Below the pieces are notes generated by a model that saw nothing but the letters and a program-made list of their open reading frames with translations, was not told the DNA's origin and searched no databases. Shown here piece after piece: positions 38,689 through 50,858 of a stretch of 64,000 nt of DNA; the first letter of the stretch is position 1, and every line of letters starts with the position of its first letter. The DNA is from Guillardia theta CCMP2712 (lineage: Eukaryota > Protista > Cryptophyta): positions 14,394 through 78,393 of the forward strand of contig NW_005434523.1 of NCBI RefSeq assembly GCF_000315625.1, read 5' to 3'. The position numbers and the translations under genes were made by a program.

Positions 38689-41500
38689 CTCTCTTGAGCT
38701 TCTCGTCTTCATCTCGCTGTGCAGTAAATTCCAGACCAGGACAGGCCCTTTGCCAGCCTCGAAATAACCAGCCGTCAAGTAGAGCTTTGCTAGTAAGCTT
38801 CACATCCTACCCTTCCCCTGTGTACCCCCCATTGCAGGCTACCATGGGGGTTCTTGGCCATGATGGTGACTTGGGAAGGAGCGACAAGAGTAAAGGAGGG
38901 ACCGAGAAGTTGTATGAGGAGGTTTGGATCAGCAGGTAGAGGGAGCGTTTGCAATGGCTGTCAGTGCAGGTGTGGCAAGGATTGATTGTAGCTCGAGAGG
39001 TCGGAGAGAGGGGGCGAGAGATGACGAGGAGGGTTGTACAGCTGGACGAGAGCAGAGGGAGGCCGGAGAGCTAGTTCAAAGAGTAGGGAAGGATGATCGA
39101 CTCGAAGAGGAGATGACAGTGAGAAGGGTAGGGGAGGACTTACGATCAGACGGTGCCGGACTAGCGATGAGACTCGGAGGTCGAGGCGGTGAGCCTTGAA
39201 GCGGCATGGAGGTATTGATCAGCGCTCCTATCTCGTAGCCATCTGCACGCCTACTTGCGGCTCTAGTGCCTGGAGCGAGAGAGAAGGCGATAGACGTCAT
39301 GAAGTTTACCACGGGACGTGACAGCTTGCGGACTAGACTTGCGGTCGTGGTTGTCACGTTACCATCGGCATCTCAAGATCAAGGCTCTACGTCTCCCCCG
39401 GTAGTCTCGGAGTCTACCTCCGTGTAAGGCGGTCAGAAGCTCTTCTGTGCCGCCCTGAGGCGTTGGCAGGCTTCAAGCAGACCCGCTCCTCTCTCCCCCA
39501 GTCGCGAGGGGACATGCAAGCGATGACACAACCCCCCCCACCTGACCTGACAAAATCTTACGTCAGAAGAGAGCAGGGATAATGGACCTGATGTTTGCTC
39601 CGGCTGATCATGTTACCGTCGGCATTGTTGAGTCAGCAGGTAGCAGAGACGGAAACCTTGCCGGTCATAGGCAACGCATTGGACAACAAGTTACCAACCG
39701 ACTGTCGTACCGGTGGTCACGTGATCAGACTTGAGTGGCGATCACGTTACGATCGGGATGTAGTCCACGTTACCATTGGCATCGACTGAAGAAGTCCGGC
39801 TGTCAGACATCAGGGCTATACAGAGGGGTCCCTTGGAGAGGAAACTTGAGTCAGCAGGATTGGGGTGGGTGGGCAGAGAGGGCGATTGGACGGTGAAGAA
39901 TTGGGAGGGTTGAAGGAGCCTGGAAGCTCATCGAAGAGACGATCGTCGTTTGTGCGAGGCGGACCTTTGTCGGGCAATTTTGACTGATCACGTGGCCATC
40001 GGCTTTTCTGAGTCAATCATCACGTGACCATCGGCTTTTCTGAGATAGTGGTCACGTTACCATCGGCATCTGAAGTAGATCTGAGAGATGTTGAGTCAGC
40101 AGGTCACTCTGTTGATGGTTGTCACGCGAGGTCTGAGGACCGTGGAACAACCGGCTCAAGGCTTTTCGTCTTGTCATCATCGGTCCCTTGGACTCCACGT
40201 GATGCGAGATTTGACGTCAGGCTCATCTTGGAACAAACAAGGACGAGGAGAGTGAACTTGGGATCCGTTGCATACCATCGTTCACGGTCGCGAGGCTAGA
40301 CGTTTTACAGCAAGAATTTTTCTGCGACATCCAATCTTGAAGCACTGGCATTCTGAAGTGGAAGCAACAGTTCATCCAACTCTCCCTGTAACTTTGCAGA
40401 ACCCGAAAGAAATTTTTCACTTTGTAACTCGGGATGACTGTCCAGGCTTCGAAACAAAGAATCCAAAACAAAATCGCCGAAATCAAATGTTGTCTTCAGA
40501 AAAATCGAATCACGAATCCGAATCAGGCGTAATAATCTGAGAACAAAGAGAAAATTTTCTCTTTGCAATCGAATCACTCCCCACCTCACTGGCCAGATAC
40601 TATTCAGTCCAAAGATCTCCCGCAACACTGAGCCCAAGTACACCTTAGATTCTCACACCACACGAGTAGCTCTCCAACCACTCAGATGTACAACCTTGCA
40701 ACACTCAAAGTTGGACTCACAGATCGGTCGGTCAACAACACCAATGCTTTTTTTGTCCACAGCAACTTCCTCCCCTTCACTCCCTTGCGTCCACCCTCAA
40801 TGCACACCCCGCGCTCCACGTGTCCTCTTACCTTTCCCTCCACTGATGAGAAACGTTCCCCTGAACTTGTCATCGTCTTCAAGAGGTTATCCGGGTTTTT
40901 ACAATAACCTCTCTTGAGTTGCAAAACTTCTTGAACTTGGTGAAGTATTGTTGTTTCTCGAGTTCGACATTCTTTCTCACAAAGGGCAGTAGAAGCAGCG
41001 TAAGGTGTGAAGAAGCAGAAGCACAAGACAAAGGTCATTGATCGGTGCAGTACAAGAGCTCGGGCTTGTAGCACGAGGAAAGCAAGGAGAGGTAGCTCAT
41101 TCACTGCAGTAGCTGGTTAACTGTTGGCTGCCGACTAAGACTGGTCACCTTCAAGCCGCCGACAATGAGTTGACAGTAAGTTCAGTATCAAACACATTCC
41201 TTGACTCTGCGTAAACCAGGCAAACCAGATTAGCATGCAAACGCTAGTCTCCTGGGACTTGCCCTCGTTGCATCCTGACGATAAGAGGAAACCTGTGTAG
41301 AAAAAGAGTAAACGATGCAGTGGCAACAAATGTGATTGACTAGTGCTACTGCTACTGCTGCTACTAGCTTGACGATGGTTGCAAACACGCCAAACCATGC
41401 AAGCGTAAATCATCAATCATTCATTAAATTGTGTAAAACAATGCAGAGCAGCAAGTAAGCTATACCCCACCAAGCTCTGTTAAATGAAAACCTGCCAGCT

Positions 41501-42625
41501 TCAGGCACTCCCGCGCTCTCCTCCGCTCCATACCGCCCTCCCTAGGCCCGTCGACTCCTCCGGCGTCTCCCACCACCCTTCAAACGCAAGCTCCTCCTCC
41601 TGCCAGCTCTCCTCCTCCTCCCTCGCCTCGCCAAGCAGGTGAAGCTCCCACGGCTCTGACTGGATGGACGCGACATCATTCTGAACAGGTAGAAAGCTCC
41701 CAGCCTCTCGATTCTCCTCCTCCCCCGACGACCAAAATGATGGCTCCCTACTGCCATAAGGTCCCTCAATCCCGGTCTCCTCCTGCATCCTCTCCTTCCC
41801 TCTCCCCCACAGCCGGGCACACAAGCTAGCCTCGGACCTCTTGTCCTCGACCATGATGCCTTGCACTGCCCCCGCCTCCTCCAGAGACTCAGCGGCCTCC
41901 TCTCCCGACGACCAGGTTGCAGGCGACCATGCCTCTTCGGCCCTGCTCTCGCTTGCAACACCCGCAGCATTCATCATCGTACCCTCCATCCCCTGCTTGC
42001 ACTCCTCTCCCGCGCCTCTCCCTCCCTTCATCCCCGTCCTCGCCTTCCGGTACACCCGACGCGGCGCCTTGCTCCAGTTCACCGTCATCTCCGCCCACGC
42101 CCCGTACCTCTCCCGGCAGCACTGCTCCAGCGCCTCCAGGCTCACGTCCGCCCCGAGCCTGCACGCGAGCTGGCGGAGCTTGAGCCAGGCCTGCCGGAGC
42201 TCCTGGAGCTCGTGGGGGTCGTCGGGGTTCCTCCAGCGGCGGTTGGAGAAGAAGTAGCGCGCGCTGCTGCTCCTCGAGAAGTCCGTCGCCTCGACATCGT
42301 CGGGGAGGATGCAGCGGTCGCGGATCTTGGTGAAGCCGTTGTGCTCGAGGACCTTGTTGAACTCCACCTCCCTCACCCCGTACCCCCCGAACGTCTGCTC
42401 CGCGCTACGGGCGGCGGCCGGGATGCAGTCGCGGAGGGCGTCGTAGAGGGAGAGGCGGCCTTTGCGGGGGATGAAGAGGTGGCTGAGGGAGGCAGGGACG
42501 GCTCGGGAGACCTGAGAGCAGGGGTGAGGTCTGAGCAGGAGATGAGAGGAGGGGGAGGAGCATACCGCTTGGGCGAAGGCGAGGGCGACGGCCTTGGAGG
42601 CGGGGGAGGCAGAAGGCCGGACCAT
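41501..42625 (-). CDS. Putative winged-helix family, copy 2; intron 42512-42565
   Basis: Same two-exon structure and core, intact frame, longest acidic tail. Confidence 0.85.
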   Translation of the reverse strand: MVRPSASPASKAVALAFAQAVCSSPSSHLLLRPHPCSQVSRAVPASLSHLFIPRKGRLSLYDALRDCIPAAARSAEQTFGGYGVREVEFNKVLEHNGFTKIRDRCILPDDVEATDFSRSSSARYFFSNRRWRNPDDPHELQELRQAWLKLRQLACRLGADVSLEALEQCCRERYGAWAEMTVNWSKAPRRVYRKARTGMKGGRGAGEECKQGMEGTMMNAAGVASESRAEEAWSPATWSSGEEAAESLEEAGAVQGIMVEDKRSEASLCARLWGRGKERMQEETGIEGPYGSREPSFWSSGEEENREAGSFLPVQNDVASIQSEPWELHLLGEAREEEESWQEEELAFEGWWETPEESTGLGRAVWSGGERGSA

Positions 42626-43017
42626 GCTGCAGTGAAGGGAGCGACAATATGCTTTTGATTGATGTTGGCTTCGGAGAGTATGTTTTTGAGCTGTTGACAA
42701 AGGGGAGAGGGAGAGGAGATTGGGTTGGACGTGGTGTTGTTGGAGGACGCTGCTGGAGGATACCCTGTTGTGGATCAAGAGCAGAAGGAGCAGCTGGTGC
42801 TAGGGGCAGAGGGGAGGAGGGGGAATGCAAAGGGGTCCGTTCCTTCATCATCTGTTCCCCTGTTGATAGACCGACTACCCCTCATTGTGACTCAATATTG
42901 AGTGTACCGGTACTTGGATCCGGATCTTCCGATTCCCCCTCTGTGCAACTTTCCCCGACCCCAAGGTAACCACCCACCCTTTCAAGCTGTTTGTACCCAC
43001 CCCTTCTTGCCGGTCGT

Positions 43018-43039
43018 GAGATGCCGATGGTAACGTGAC
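43018..43039 (-). promoter_or_regulatory. 22-bp X-box-like motif upstream of copy 2
   Basis: Exact GAGATGCCGATGGTAACGTGAC. Confidence 0.7.
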
Positions 43040-43419
43040 GTGAAGTACAAATGATTTTTCAAAATTTCTTTTTTGACGAGTAAACCAGGCCTGCCTCAGT
43101 ATCGGTCAGCACTAAGTGAAGCCAGGCAGGGTTGACGTTTTGAGTGAAGACACGCCTTGAGTGAAGACACGCTTTGAGTGAGGCAGAAGTTTCTTTTGAC
43201 TTGACGGCACACTAAAGGTGAAGACAGATGTCTCATATGTTTGAAGACAAGTCCAAGAAAGGTGTGAGGTCCCACACTTTCAGCAAGCAACCTTTACTTT
43301 CAATCAAATTCACACTGTCAAATCATAGCTTCGTTACAATCTGCCTTACATGTTCGCCTTCAACCATAACATCCCCCTTTTCTCCTCAACGTATCTTGAC
43401 ATTTCCACTGATCCCGTGC

Positions 43420-44360
43420 TTATTCTACAACATTCCATCTTGCCTCCCCTAGGCCCGTCACCTCCTCCGGCGTCTCCCACCACCCTTCAAACGCAAGCTC
43501 CTCCTCCTGCCAGCTCTCCTCCTCCTCCCTCGCCTCGCCAAGCAGGTGAAGCTCCCACGGCTCTGACTGGACGGACGCGACATCATTCTGAACAGGTAGA
43601 AAGCTCCCAGCCTCTCGATTCTCCTCCTCCCCCGACGACCAAAATGATGGCTCCCTACTCCCGCTACCAGCAGGTCCCTCAGCTCCGGTCTCCACCTCCA
43701 TCCTCTCCTTCCCTCTCCCCTCCTGCCCCTTGCCCCTCCCTCCCTTCCTCCCCGTCCTCGCCTTCCGGTACACCCGACGCGGCGCCTTGCTCCCAGTTCA
43801 CCGTCATCTCCGCCCACGCCCCGTACCTCTCCCGGCAGCACTGCTCCAGCGCCTCCAGGCTCACGTCCGCCCCGAGCCTGCACGCGAGCTGGCGGAGCTT
43901 GAGCCAGGCCTGCCGGAGCTCCTGGAGCTCGTGGGGGTCGTCGGGGTTCCTCCAGCGGCGGTTGGAGAAGAAGTAGCGCGCGCTGCTGCTCCTCGAGAAG
44001 TCCGTCGCCTCGACATCGTCGGGAAGGATGCAGCGGTCGCGGATCTTGGTGAAGCCGTTGTGCTCGAGGACCTTGTTGAACTCCACCTCCCTCACCCCGT
44101 ACCCCCCGAACGTCTGCTCCGCGCTACGGGCGGCGGCCGGGATGCAGTCGCGGAGGGCGTCGTAGAGGGAGAGGCGGCCCTTGCGGGGGATGAAGAGGTG
44201 GCTGAGGGAGGCAGGGACGGCTCGGGAGACCTGGAGGGGGGAGGGGACGGGTTAGAGCAGAGGAAAGAGGGAGGAGATGAGATGAGGGGGAGGAGCATAC
44301 CGCTTGGGCGAAGGCGAGGGCGACGGCCTTGGAGGCGGGGGAGGCAGAGGGCCGGACCAT
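43420..44360 (-). pseudogene. Family copy 3, +1 frameshift near 43793 (pseudogene, truncated variant or sequencing error); intron 44231-44300
   Basis: AACTGGGAGC versus AACTGGAGC in the other copies; core and tail fall in different frames. Confidence 0.7.
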
Positions 44361-44555
44361 GGAGGCTTAGTTAGCGTTTCTACTCCAGGAAAGGGGGCGG
44401 GAGAAGATAAAAAGCCTCTAGTTTACTACATCCTTGCATCCCCCGCCTGTTTTCCCGACTGATGACCCCACCCTTCCCAACAAATCACCCAGTATAAGAA
44501 CCCCTGGTCTCTTGAAAGGTTTAAATGTGTTTTACTCGTCGGACCGACGGAATCA

Positions 44556-44577
44556 GAGATGCCGATGGTAACGTGAC
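44556..44577 (-). promoter_or_regulatory. 22-bp X-box-like motif upstream of copy 3
   Basis: Exact GAGATGCCGATGGTAACGTGAC. Confidence 0.7.
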
Positions 44578-45167
44578 CTAGGACATCCGAGTCAGAGGAG
44601 TCCGACTCCGAGGCCTCGAGGATTGTACTTGGATAGAAAAGACTTGGAGTCCCATAGTCATCATACACGTGCTCAAGTACTGATCCAAGCACGAGAATGT
44701 CAAGAGCGCTCCTCCTTTGTTTGCCAGGTGGCTGAGCTTGGAGACGAGCAGAAAGTATCCTCTCTCCTCTTGTCACTTACTTCGACGTTTCTTATGAATA
44801 TCTTGCTGTTTGGTACAGGCAACTACGCAAAGGTACCGTGAAAAGCCAATTTCAATATGCATGTTTCCCTATTAAATCATACAACTACAAGTCCATCTTG
44901 TTAGGATTGAACGTCTTCGATAACTTTCGAATTAAAGTGGAACTTGATACAAAGCAAGTTTGAAACACTCAGTACAACCACATCGTAAGTTGATAGTTTG
45001 AAATGATCCGAAACGATCAGTCAAGAAATGATGATATCAAACAAGTGAGGAAGAGCGAAGGATGTGCAGGAAATTGATCTCAAGAGCGAGTCTGACATCC
45101 AGATTCAAATGAAACAGCAAGAGACTCAAGCACTGCTCAAAACAAATTGCTGTCTACTTCCTGTCAT

Positions 45168-46159
45168 TCAGGTCCAGCTCCTGCTCCCCCAGTCTCTTTC
45201 CAAGTCGTTCAGGCCCTGAGGTGTTTCTCTTCCCACCCGCTGAAGCGCTCCTCCCTCGAGACTGATATCCTCCTCCTCATTTTCATCATCGAAGCTCTGC
45301 TCCCAAGATTCATCAAGCAATTCCTCCTTATCGGATGTTTCATCAAGCTGCTCATCGCCAGCGAAGCCAGTAGATGATCCAACCATGCTCTCACCCGCTG
45401 CTGACGGTCCTGCCTCCTCTATCTCCTCGACCTCTTTCCCAGCTGAAGATGATAAACTGTGGACATGTGACGAACCCTGCTGAGATAAGCTAGCAACTCC
45501 AGCCTTCCCCTGCCTACACTCCTCCCCATCGCCTCTCCCTCCCTTCCTCCCCGTCCTCGCCTTCCGGTACACCCGACGCGGCGCCTTGCTCCAGTTCACC
45601 GTCATCTCCGCCCACGCCCCGTACCTCTCCCGGCAGCACTGCTCCAGCGCCTCCAGGCTCACGTCCGCCCCGAGCCTGCACGCGAGCTGGCGGAGCTTGA
45701 GCCAGGCCTGCCGGAGCTCCTGGAGCTCGTGGGGGTCGTCGGGGTTCCTCCAGCGGCGGTTGGAGAAGAAGTAGCGCGCGCTGCTGCTCCTCGAGAAGTC
45801 CGTCGCCTCCACCTCGTCGGGGAGGATGCAGCGGTCGCGGATCTTGGTGAAGCCGTTGTGCTCGAGGACCTTGTTGAACTCCACCTCCCTCACCCCGTAC
45901 CCCCCGAACGTCTGCTCCGCGCTACGGGCGGCGGCCGGGATGCAGTCGCGGAGGGCGTCGTACATGGAGAGGCGACCCTTGCGGGGGATGAAGAGGTGGC
46001 TGAGGGAGGCAGGGACGGCTCGGGAGACCTGGAGGGGGGAGGGGACGGGTTAGAGCAGAGGAGAAGAGGGAGGAGATGAGATTAGGGGGAGGGGCATACC
46101 GCTTGGGCGAAGGCGAGGGCGACGGCCTTGGAGGCGGGGGAGGCAGAGGGCCGAACCAT
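45168..46159 (-). CDS. Putative winged-helix family, copy 4; intron 46029-46099
   Basis: Intact core plus a unique acidic tail (VGRETPQG variant). Confidence 0.85.
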
Positions 46160-46364
46160 AAGATAATATGTTTGTCCTGTTGTTTCTAGCAACACTGTAC
46201 AGTCACTGTGAATGCTCATTCAACCTTGCCTCATGGTTGTTCTATGCGTATGTAGGATGAGGAACCCGTTCCAAATACAGATGATGGACCGGTCATACAA
46301 AATCGCACTACCCCCCACTCCCTGCGGATGCTTTTCTAGATAGGGTGGTGGCCATGCAGTCGCT

Positions 46365-46386
46365 AAGATGCCGATCGTAACGTGAC
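46365..46386 (-). promoter_or_regulatory. X-box-like motif in the 321-bp divergent interval between copies 4 and 5
   Basis: AAGATGCCGATCGTAACGTGAC. Confidence 0.7.
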
Positions 46387-46480
46387 CGATCCTCGCATAT
46401 CTATTTTCGTTTCCTTTTCAAGACCATTTTCACCCTTCGATAATTTTCTTGTCTCGCACATTCCATCCTCCCATCCTATT

Positions 46481-47386
46481 ATGGTTCGGCCCTCTGCCTC
46501 CCCCGCCTCCAAGGCCGTCGCCCTCGCCTTCGCCCAAGCGGTATGCCCCTCCCTTCTCCTTTCGTCACCTCCTCTGCTCTAACCCGTCCCCTCCCCCCTC
46601 CAGGTCTCCCGAGCCGTCCCTGCCTCCCTCAGCCACCTCTTCATCCCCCGCAAGGGTCGCCTCTCCCTCTACGACGCCCTCCGCGACTGCATCCCGGCCG
46701 CCGCCCGTAGCGCGGAGCAGACGTTCGGGGGGTACGGGGTGAGGGAGGTGGAGTTCAACAAGGTCCTCGAGCACAACGGCTTCACCAAGATCCGCGACCG
46801 CTGCATCCTCCCCNNNNNNNNNNNNNNNNNNNNNNNNNNNNNNNNNNNNNNNNNNNNNNNNNNNNNNNNNNNNNNNNNNNNNNNNNNNNNNNNNNNNNNN
46901 NNNNNNNNNNNNNNNNNNNNNNNNNNNNNNNNNNNNNNNNNNNNNNNNNNNNNNNNNNNNNNNNNNNNNGTGAGCCTGGAGGCGCTGGAGCAGTGCTGCC
47001 GGGAGAGGTACGGGGCGTGGGCGGAGATGACGGTGAACTGGAGCAAGGCGCCGCGTCGGGTGTACCGGAAGGCGAGGACGGGGAGGAAGGGAGGGAGGGG
47101 CAAGGGGCAGGAGGGGAGAGGGAAGGAGAGGATGGAGGAGACCGGGGCTGAGGGACCTGCTGGTAGCGGGCAGAATCGAGAGGCTGGGAGCTTTCTACCT
47201 GTTCAGAATGATGTCGCGTCCGTCCAGTCAGAGCCGTGGGAGCTTCACCTGCTTGGCGAGGCGAGGGAGGAGGAGGAGAGCTGGCTGGAGGAGGAGCTTA
47301 CGTTTGTAGGGTGGTGGGAGACGCCGGAGGAGGTGACGGGCTTAGGGAGGACGGGCTGCCATGTATGGCGCGAAGGAGGATGGTGA
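46481..47386 (+). CDS. Putative winged-helix family, copy 5 (spans N gap 46814-46969); intron 46541-46603
   Basis: Same structure on both sides of the gap. Confidence 0.75.
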
Positions 47387-48300
47387 TGGGTTTGGGGTGA
47401 GGGACGTTCTGCAAGAGGTATCGGAGGTCTTGTAGATAGGTCACGAGGGGCTCGGGGATGATGGCGAAACAAATAGACGTAAAGTGGTGTTAACATGAGA
47501 ACAATAATTTGATGATTAAATTGATAGATGTTTCCATTGCACCTCAGCGTTCCTGGAGGTCTTTGCAGATACCTCAAAAGCTCCATCCTGAGCGTGATCT
47601 CCCACCAAGAGCAGTTGAGAGAGACATTTGTTCTGTGATTGGAGGCAAACAATTCCTACACCGTCACGCCAACTTGCGGATACATCAATCGACAACGGTC
47701 AACCTCTCTGTTCACATACGGACACAACGTTACAACCATGCCGTGGTGCATGCATCTAGCTAGTTGGCTACAAACTTCTTATGCAGTAGGAACCTTTCTT
47801 TTTTTTCGGAACCATCAATTCACTCCAACACCTTTCATTCAGTACTTGTGTCGACATGAGCTGACGCCAGTCACGTTACAGTCGGCATCACGATTTCGTT
47901 ACAATGGACCTCGGTCCGAGCAGTAAAACATCATTTATTATATGCATCGATTCGGAAGCACTATTCAAATCCAGTCTCGATGCATGAAGTACCTTAAATC
48001 CCACACTGACTTCACCGCTTCCTCTTTCCGTTGCAGCCCATCATTTGCCTCTCTCTGACAACCACCCGACGGGGGCATCACAGAGATTGGCAGCTGAGCC
48101 TGATAAGGCAGCAAAGGTGACGAGAGCTGGACTGGCAGCTGGACTGGTGCGACGAGGAGGGTTGAGCGGTTTACTTTTTGAAAAGATGCCCGTGAGGCGG
48201 GCCCGGTTGTAGCACACCCCCCTCTTATAATTATTATTATCATTATTGTTCCGTTTCCGATGGACTAAAAAAGAATGAGGGGATCTGTAGTAAGTTGACG

Positions 48301-48322
48301 GTCACGTTACCATCGGCATCTC
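48301..48322 (+). promoter_or_regulatory. 22-bp X-box-like motif upstream of copy 6
   Basis: Exact GTCACGTTACCATCGGCATCTC. A variant lies at 47870. Confidence 0.7.
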
Positions 48323-48663
48323 AAACGACGAAATTAAAAAATCTCATTGCGCGAAGCAGGGGTACCTGACAACTGAATCTAGGGGGTAGGGGTCTTGTAT
48401 CGGGGAAAGTTGCAATGGGGGAATGACGAGCCCTGAGGACCGGTACTAAGGGGAGCATGCGTCAGACCCTGTACCACTCTATCCTCCCTTCCCCTCCCTT
48501 TCCCCCCCTCTCACCCTCCCCTCCATAACCCATACCCTCTGATCTCTTCATCAACTGATTCCCTTCTCTGCCTCACCGAATCTCTTTCAAGCAGCCCGCC
48601 CTCTCCATCACGACATATCATCACTAGCGAAATCCCCGTGCCTCCTACATAATCCTTCCTCCC

Positions 48664-49577
48664 ATGGTCCGGCCCTCTGCCTCCCCCGCCTCCAAGGCCG
48701 TCGCCCTCGCCTTCGCCCAAGCGGTATGCCCCTCCCCCTCATCTCATCTCCTCCCTCTTTCCTCTGCTCTAACCCTTCCCCTCCCCCCTCCAGGTCTCCC
48801 GAGCCGTCCCTGCCTCCTTCAGCCACCTCTTCATCCCCCGCAAGGGCCGCCTCTCCCTCTACGACGCCCTCCGCGACTGCATCCCGGCCGCCGCCCGTAG
48901 CGCGGAGCAGACGTTCGGGGGGTACGGGGTGAGGGAGGTGGAGTTCAACAAGGTCCTCGAACACAACGGCTTCACCAAGATCCGCGACCGCTGCATCCTC
49001 CCCGACGAGGTGGAGGCGACGGACTTCTCGAGGAGCAGCAGCGCGCGCTACTTCTTCTCCAACCGCCGCTGGAGGAACCCCGACGACCCCCACGAGCTCC
49101 AGGAGCTCCGGCAGGCCTGGCTCAAGCTCCGCCAGCTCGCGTGCAGGCTCGGGGCGGACGTGAGCCTGGAGGCGCTGGAGCAGTGCTGCCGGGAGAGGTA
49201 CGGGGCGTGGGCGGAGATGACGGTGAACTGGAGCAAGGCGCCGCGTCGGGTGTACCGGAAAGGCGAGGACGGGGAGGAAGGGAGGGAGGGGCAAGGGGCA
49301 GGAGGGGAGAGGGAAGGAGAGGATGGAGGAGACCGGGGCTGAGGGACCTGCTGGTAGCGGGCAGAATCGAGAGGCTGGGAGCTTTCTACCTGTTCAGAAT
49401 GATGTCGCGTCCGTCCAGTCAGAGCCGTGGGAGCTTCACCTGCTTGGCGAGGCGAGGGAGGAGGAGGAGAGCTGGCTGGAGGAGGAGCTTACGTTTGTAG
49501 GGTGGTGGGAGACGCCGGAGGAGGTGACGGGCTTAGGGAGGACGGGCTGCCATGTATGGCGCGAAGGAGGATGGTGA
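48664..49577 (+). pseudogene. Family copy 6, +1 frameshift at ~49260; intron 48724-48793
   Basis: CGGAAAGGCG versus CGGAAGGCG in copy 5. Confidence 0.7.
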
Positions 49578-50491
49578 TGGGTTTGGGGTGAGGGACGTTC
49601 TGCAAGAGGTATCGGAGGTCTTGTAGATAGGTCACGAGGGGCTCGGGGATGATGGCGAAACAAATAGACGTAAAGTGGTGTTAACATGAGAACAATAATT
49701 TGATGATTAAATTGATAGATGTTTCCATTGCACCTCAGCGTTCCTGGAGGTCTTTGCAGATACCTCAAAAGCTCCATCCTGAGCGTGATCTCCCACCAAG
49801 AGCAGTTGAGAGAGACATTTGTTCTGTGATTGGAGGCAAACAATTCCTACACCGTCACGCCAACTTGCGGATACATCAATCGACAACGGTCAACCTCTCT
49901 GTTCACATACGGACACAACGTTACAACCATGCCGTGGTGCATGCATCTAGCTAGTTGGCTACAAACTTCTTATGCAGTAGGAACCTTTCTTTTTTTTCGG
50001 AACCATCAATTCACTCCAACACCTTTCATTCAGTACTTGTGTCGACATGAGCTGACGCCAGTCACGTTACAGTCGGCATCACGATTTCGTTACAATGGAC
50101 CTCGGTCCGAGCAGTAAAACATCATTTATTATATGCATCGATTCGGAAGCACTATTCAAATCCAGTCTCGATGCATGAAGTACCTTAAATCCCACACTGA
50201 CTTCACCGCTTCCTCTTTCCGTTGCAGCCCATCATTTGCCTCTCTCTGACAACCACCCGACGGGGGCATCACAGAGATTGGCAGCTGAGCCTGATAAGGC
50301 AGCAAAGGTGACGAGAGCTGGACTGGCAGCTGGACTGGTGCGACGAGGAGGGTTGAGCGGTTTACTTTTTGAAAAGATGCCCGTGAGGCGGGCCCGGTTG
50401 TAGCACACCCCCCTCTTATAATTATTATTATCATTATTGTTCCGTTTCCGATGGACTAAAAAAGAATGAGGGGATCTGTAGTAAGTTGACG

Positions 50492-50513
50492 GTCACGTTA
50501 CCATCGGCATCTC
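50492..50513 (+). promoter_or_regulatory. 22-bp X-box-like motif upstream of copy 7
   Basis: Exact GTCACGTTACCATCGGCATCTC. A variant lies at 50061. Confidence 0.7.
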
Positions 50514-50858
50514 AAACGACGAAATTAAAAAATCTCATTGCGCGAAGCAGGGGTACCTGACAACTGAATCTAGGGGGTAGGGGTCTTGTATCGGGGAAAG
50601 TTGCAATGGGGGAATGACGAGCCCTGAGGACCGGTACTAAGGGGAGCATGCGTCAGACCCTGTACCACTCTATCCTCCCTTCCCCTCCCTTTCCCCCCCT
50701 GTGCAACTTTATAAAGTAAATAAAGGGCCTCGAGCCCGAACCCGCCTCCCTCCTCCTCCTCTCCCTCTTGCTTGACCTCCTCACCGTGCTTGCTGCATCG
50801 GTTGTCGTCCTCTAACCCAGATCTCAAGCACACAGCTGAAAACTCTGAATTCCCTGCC

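Larger units (their letters stand above)
46970..50700 (+). repeat. Near-identical tandem duplication, period 2191 bp
   Basis: Identical ORFs offset by 2191 (47245/49436, 47509/49700, 47965/50156). Confidence 0.9.
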
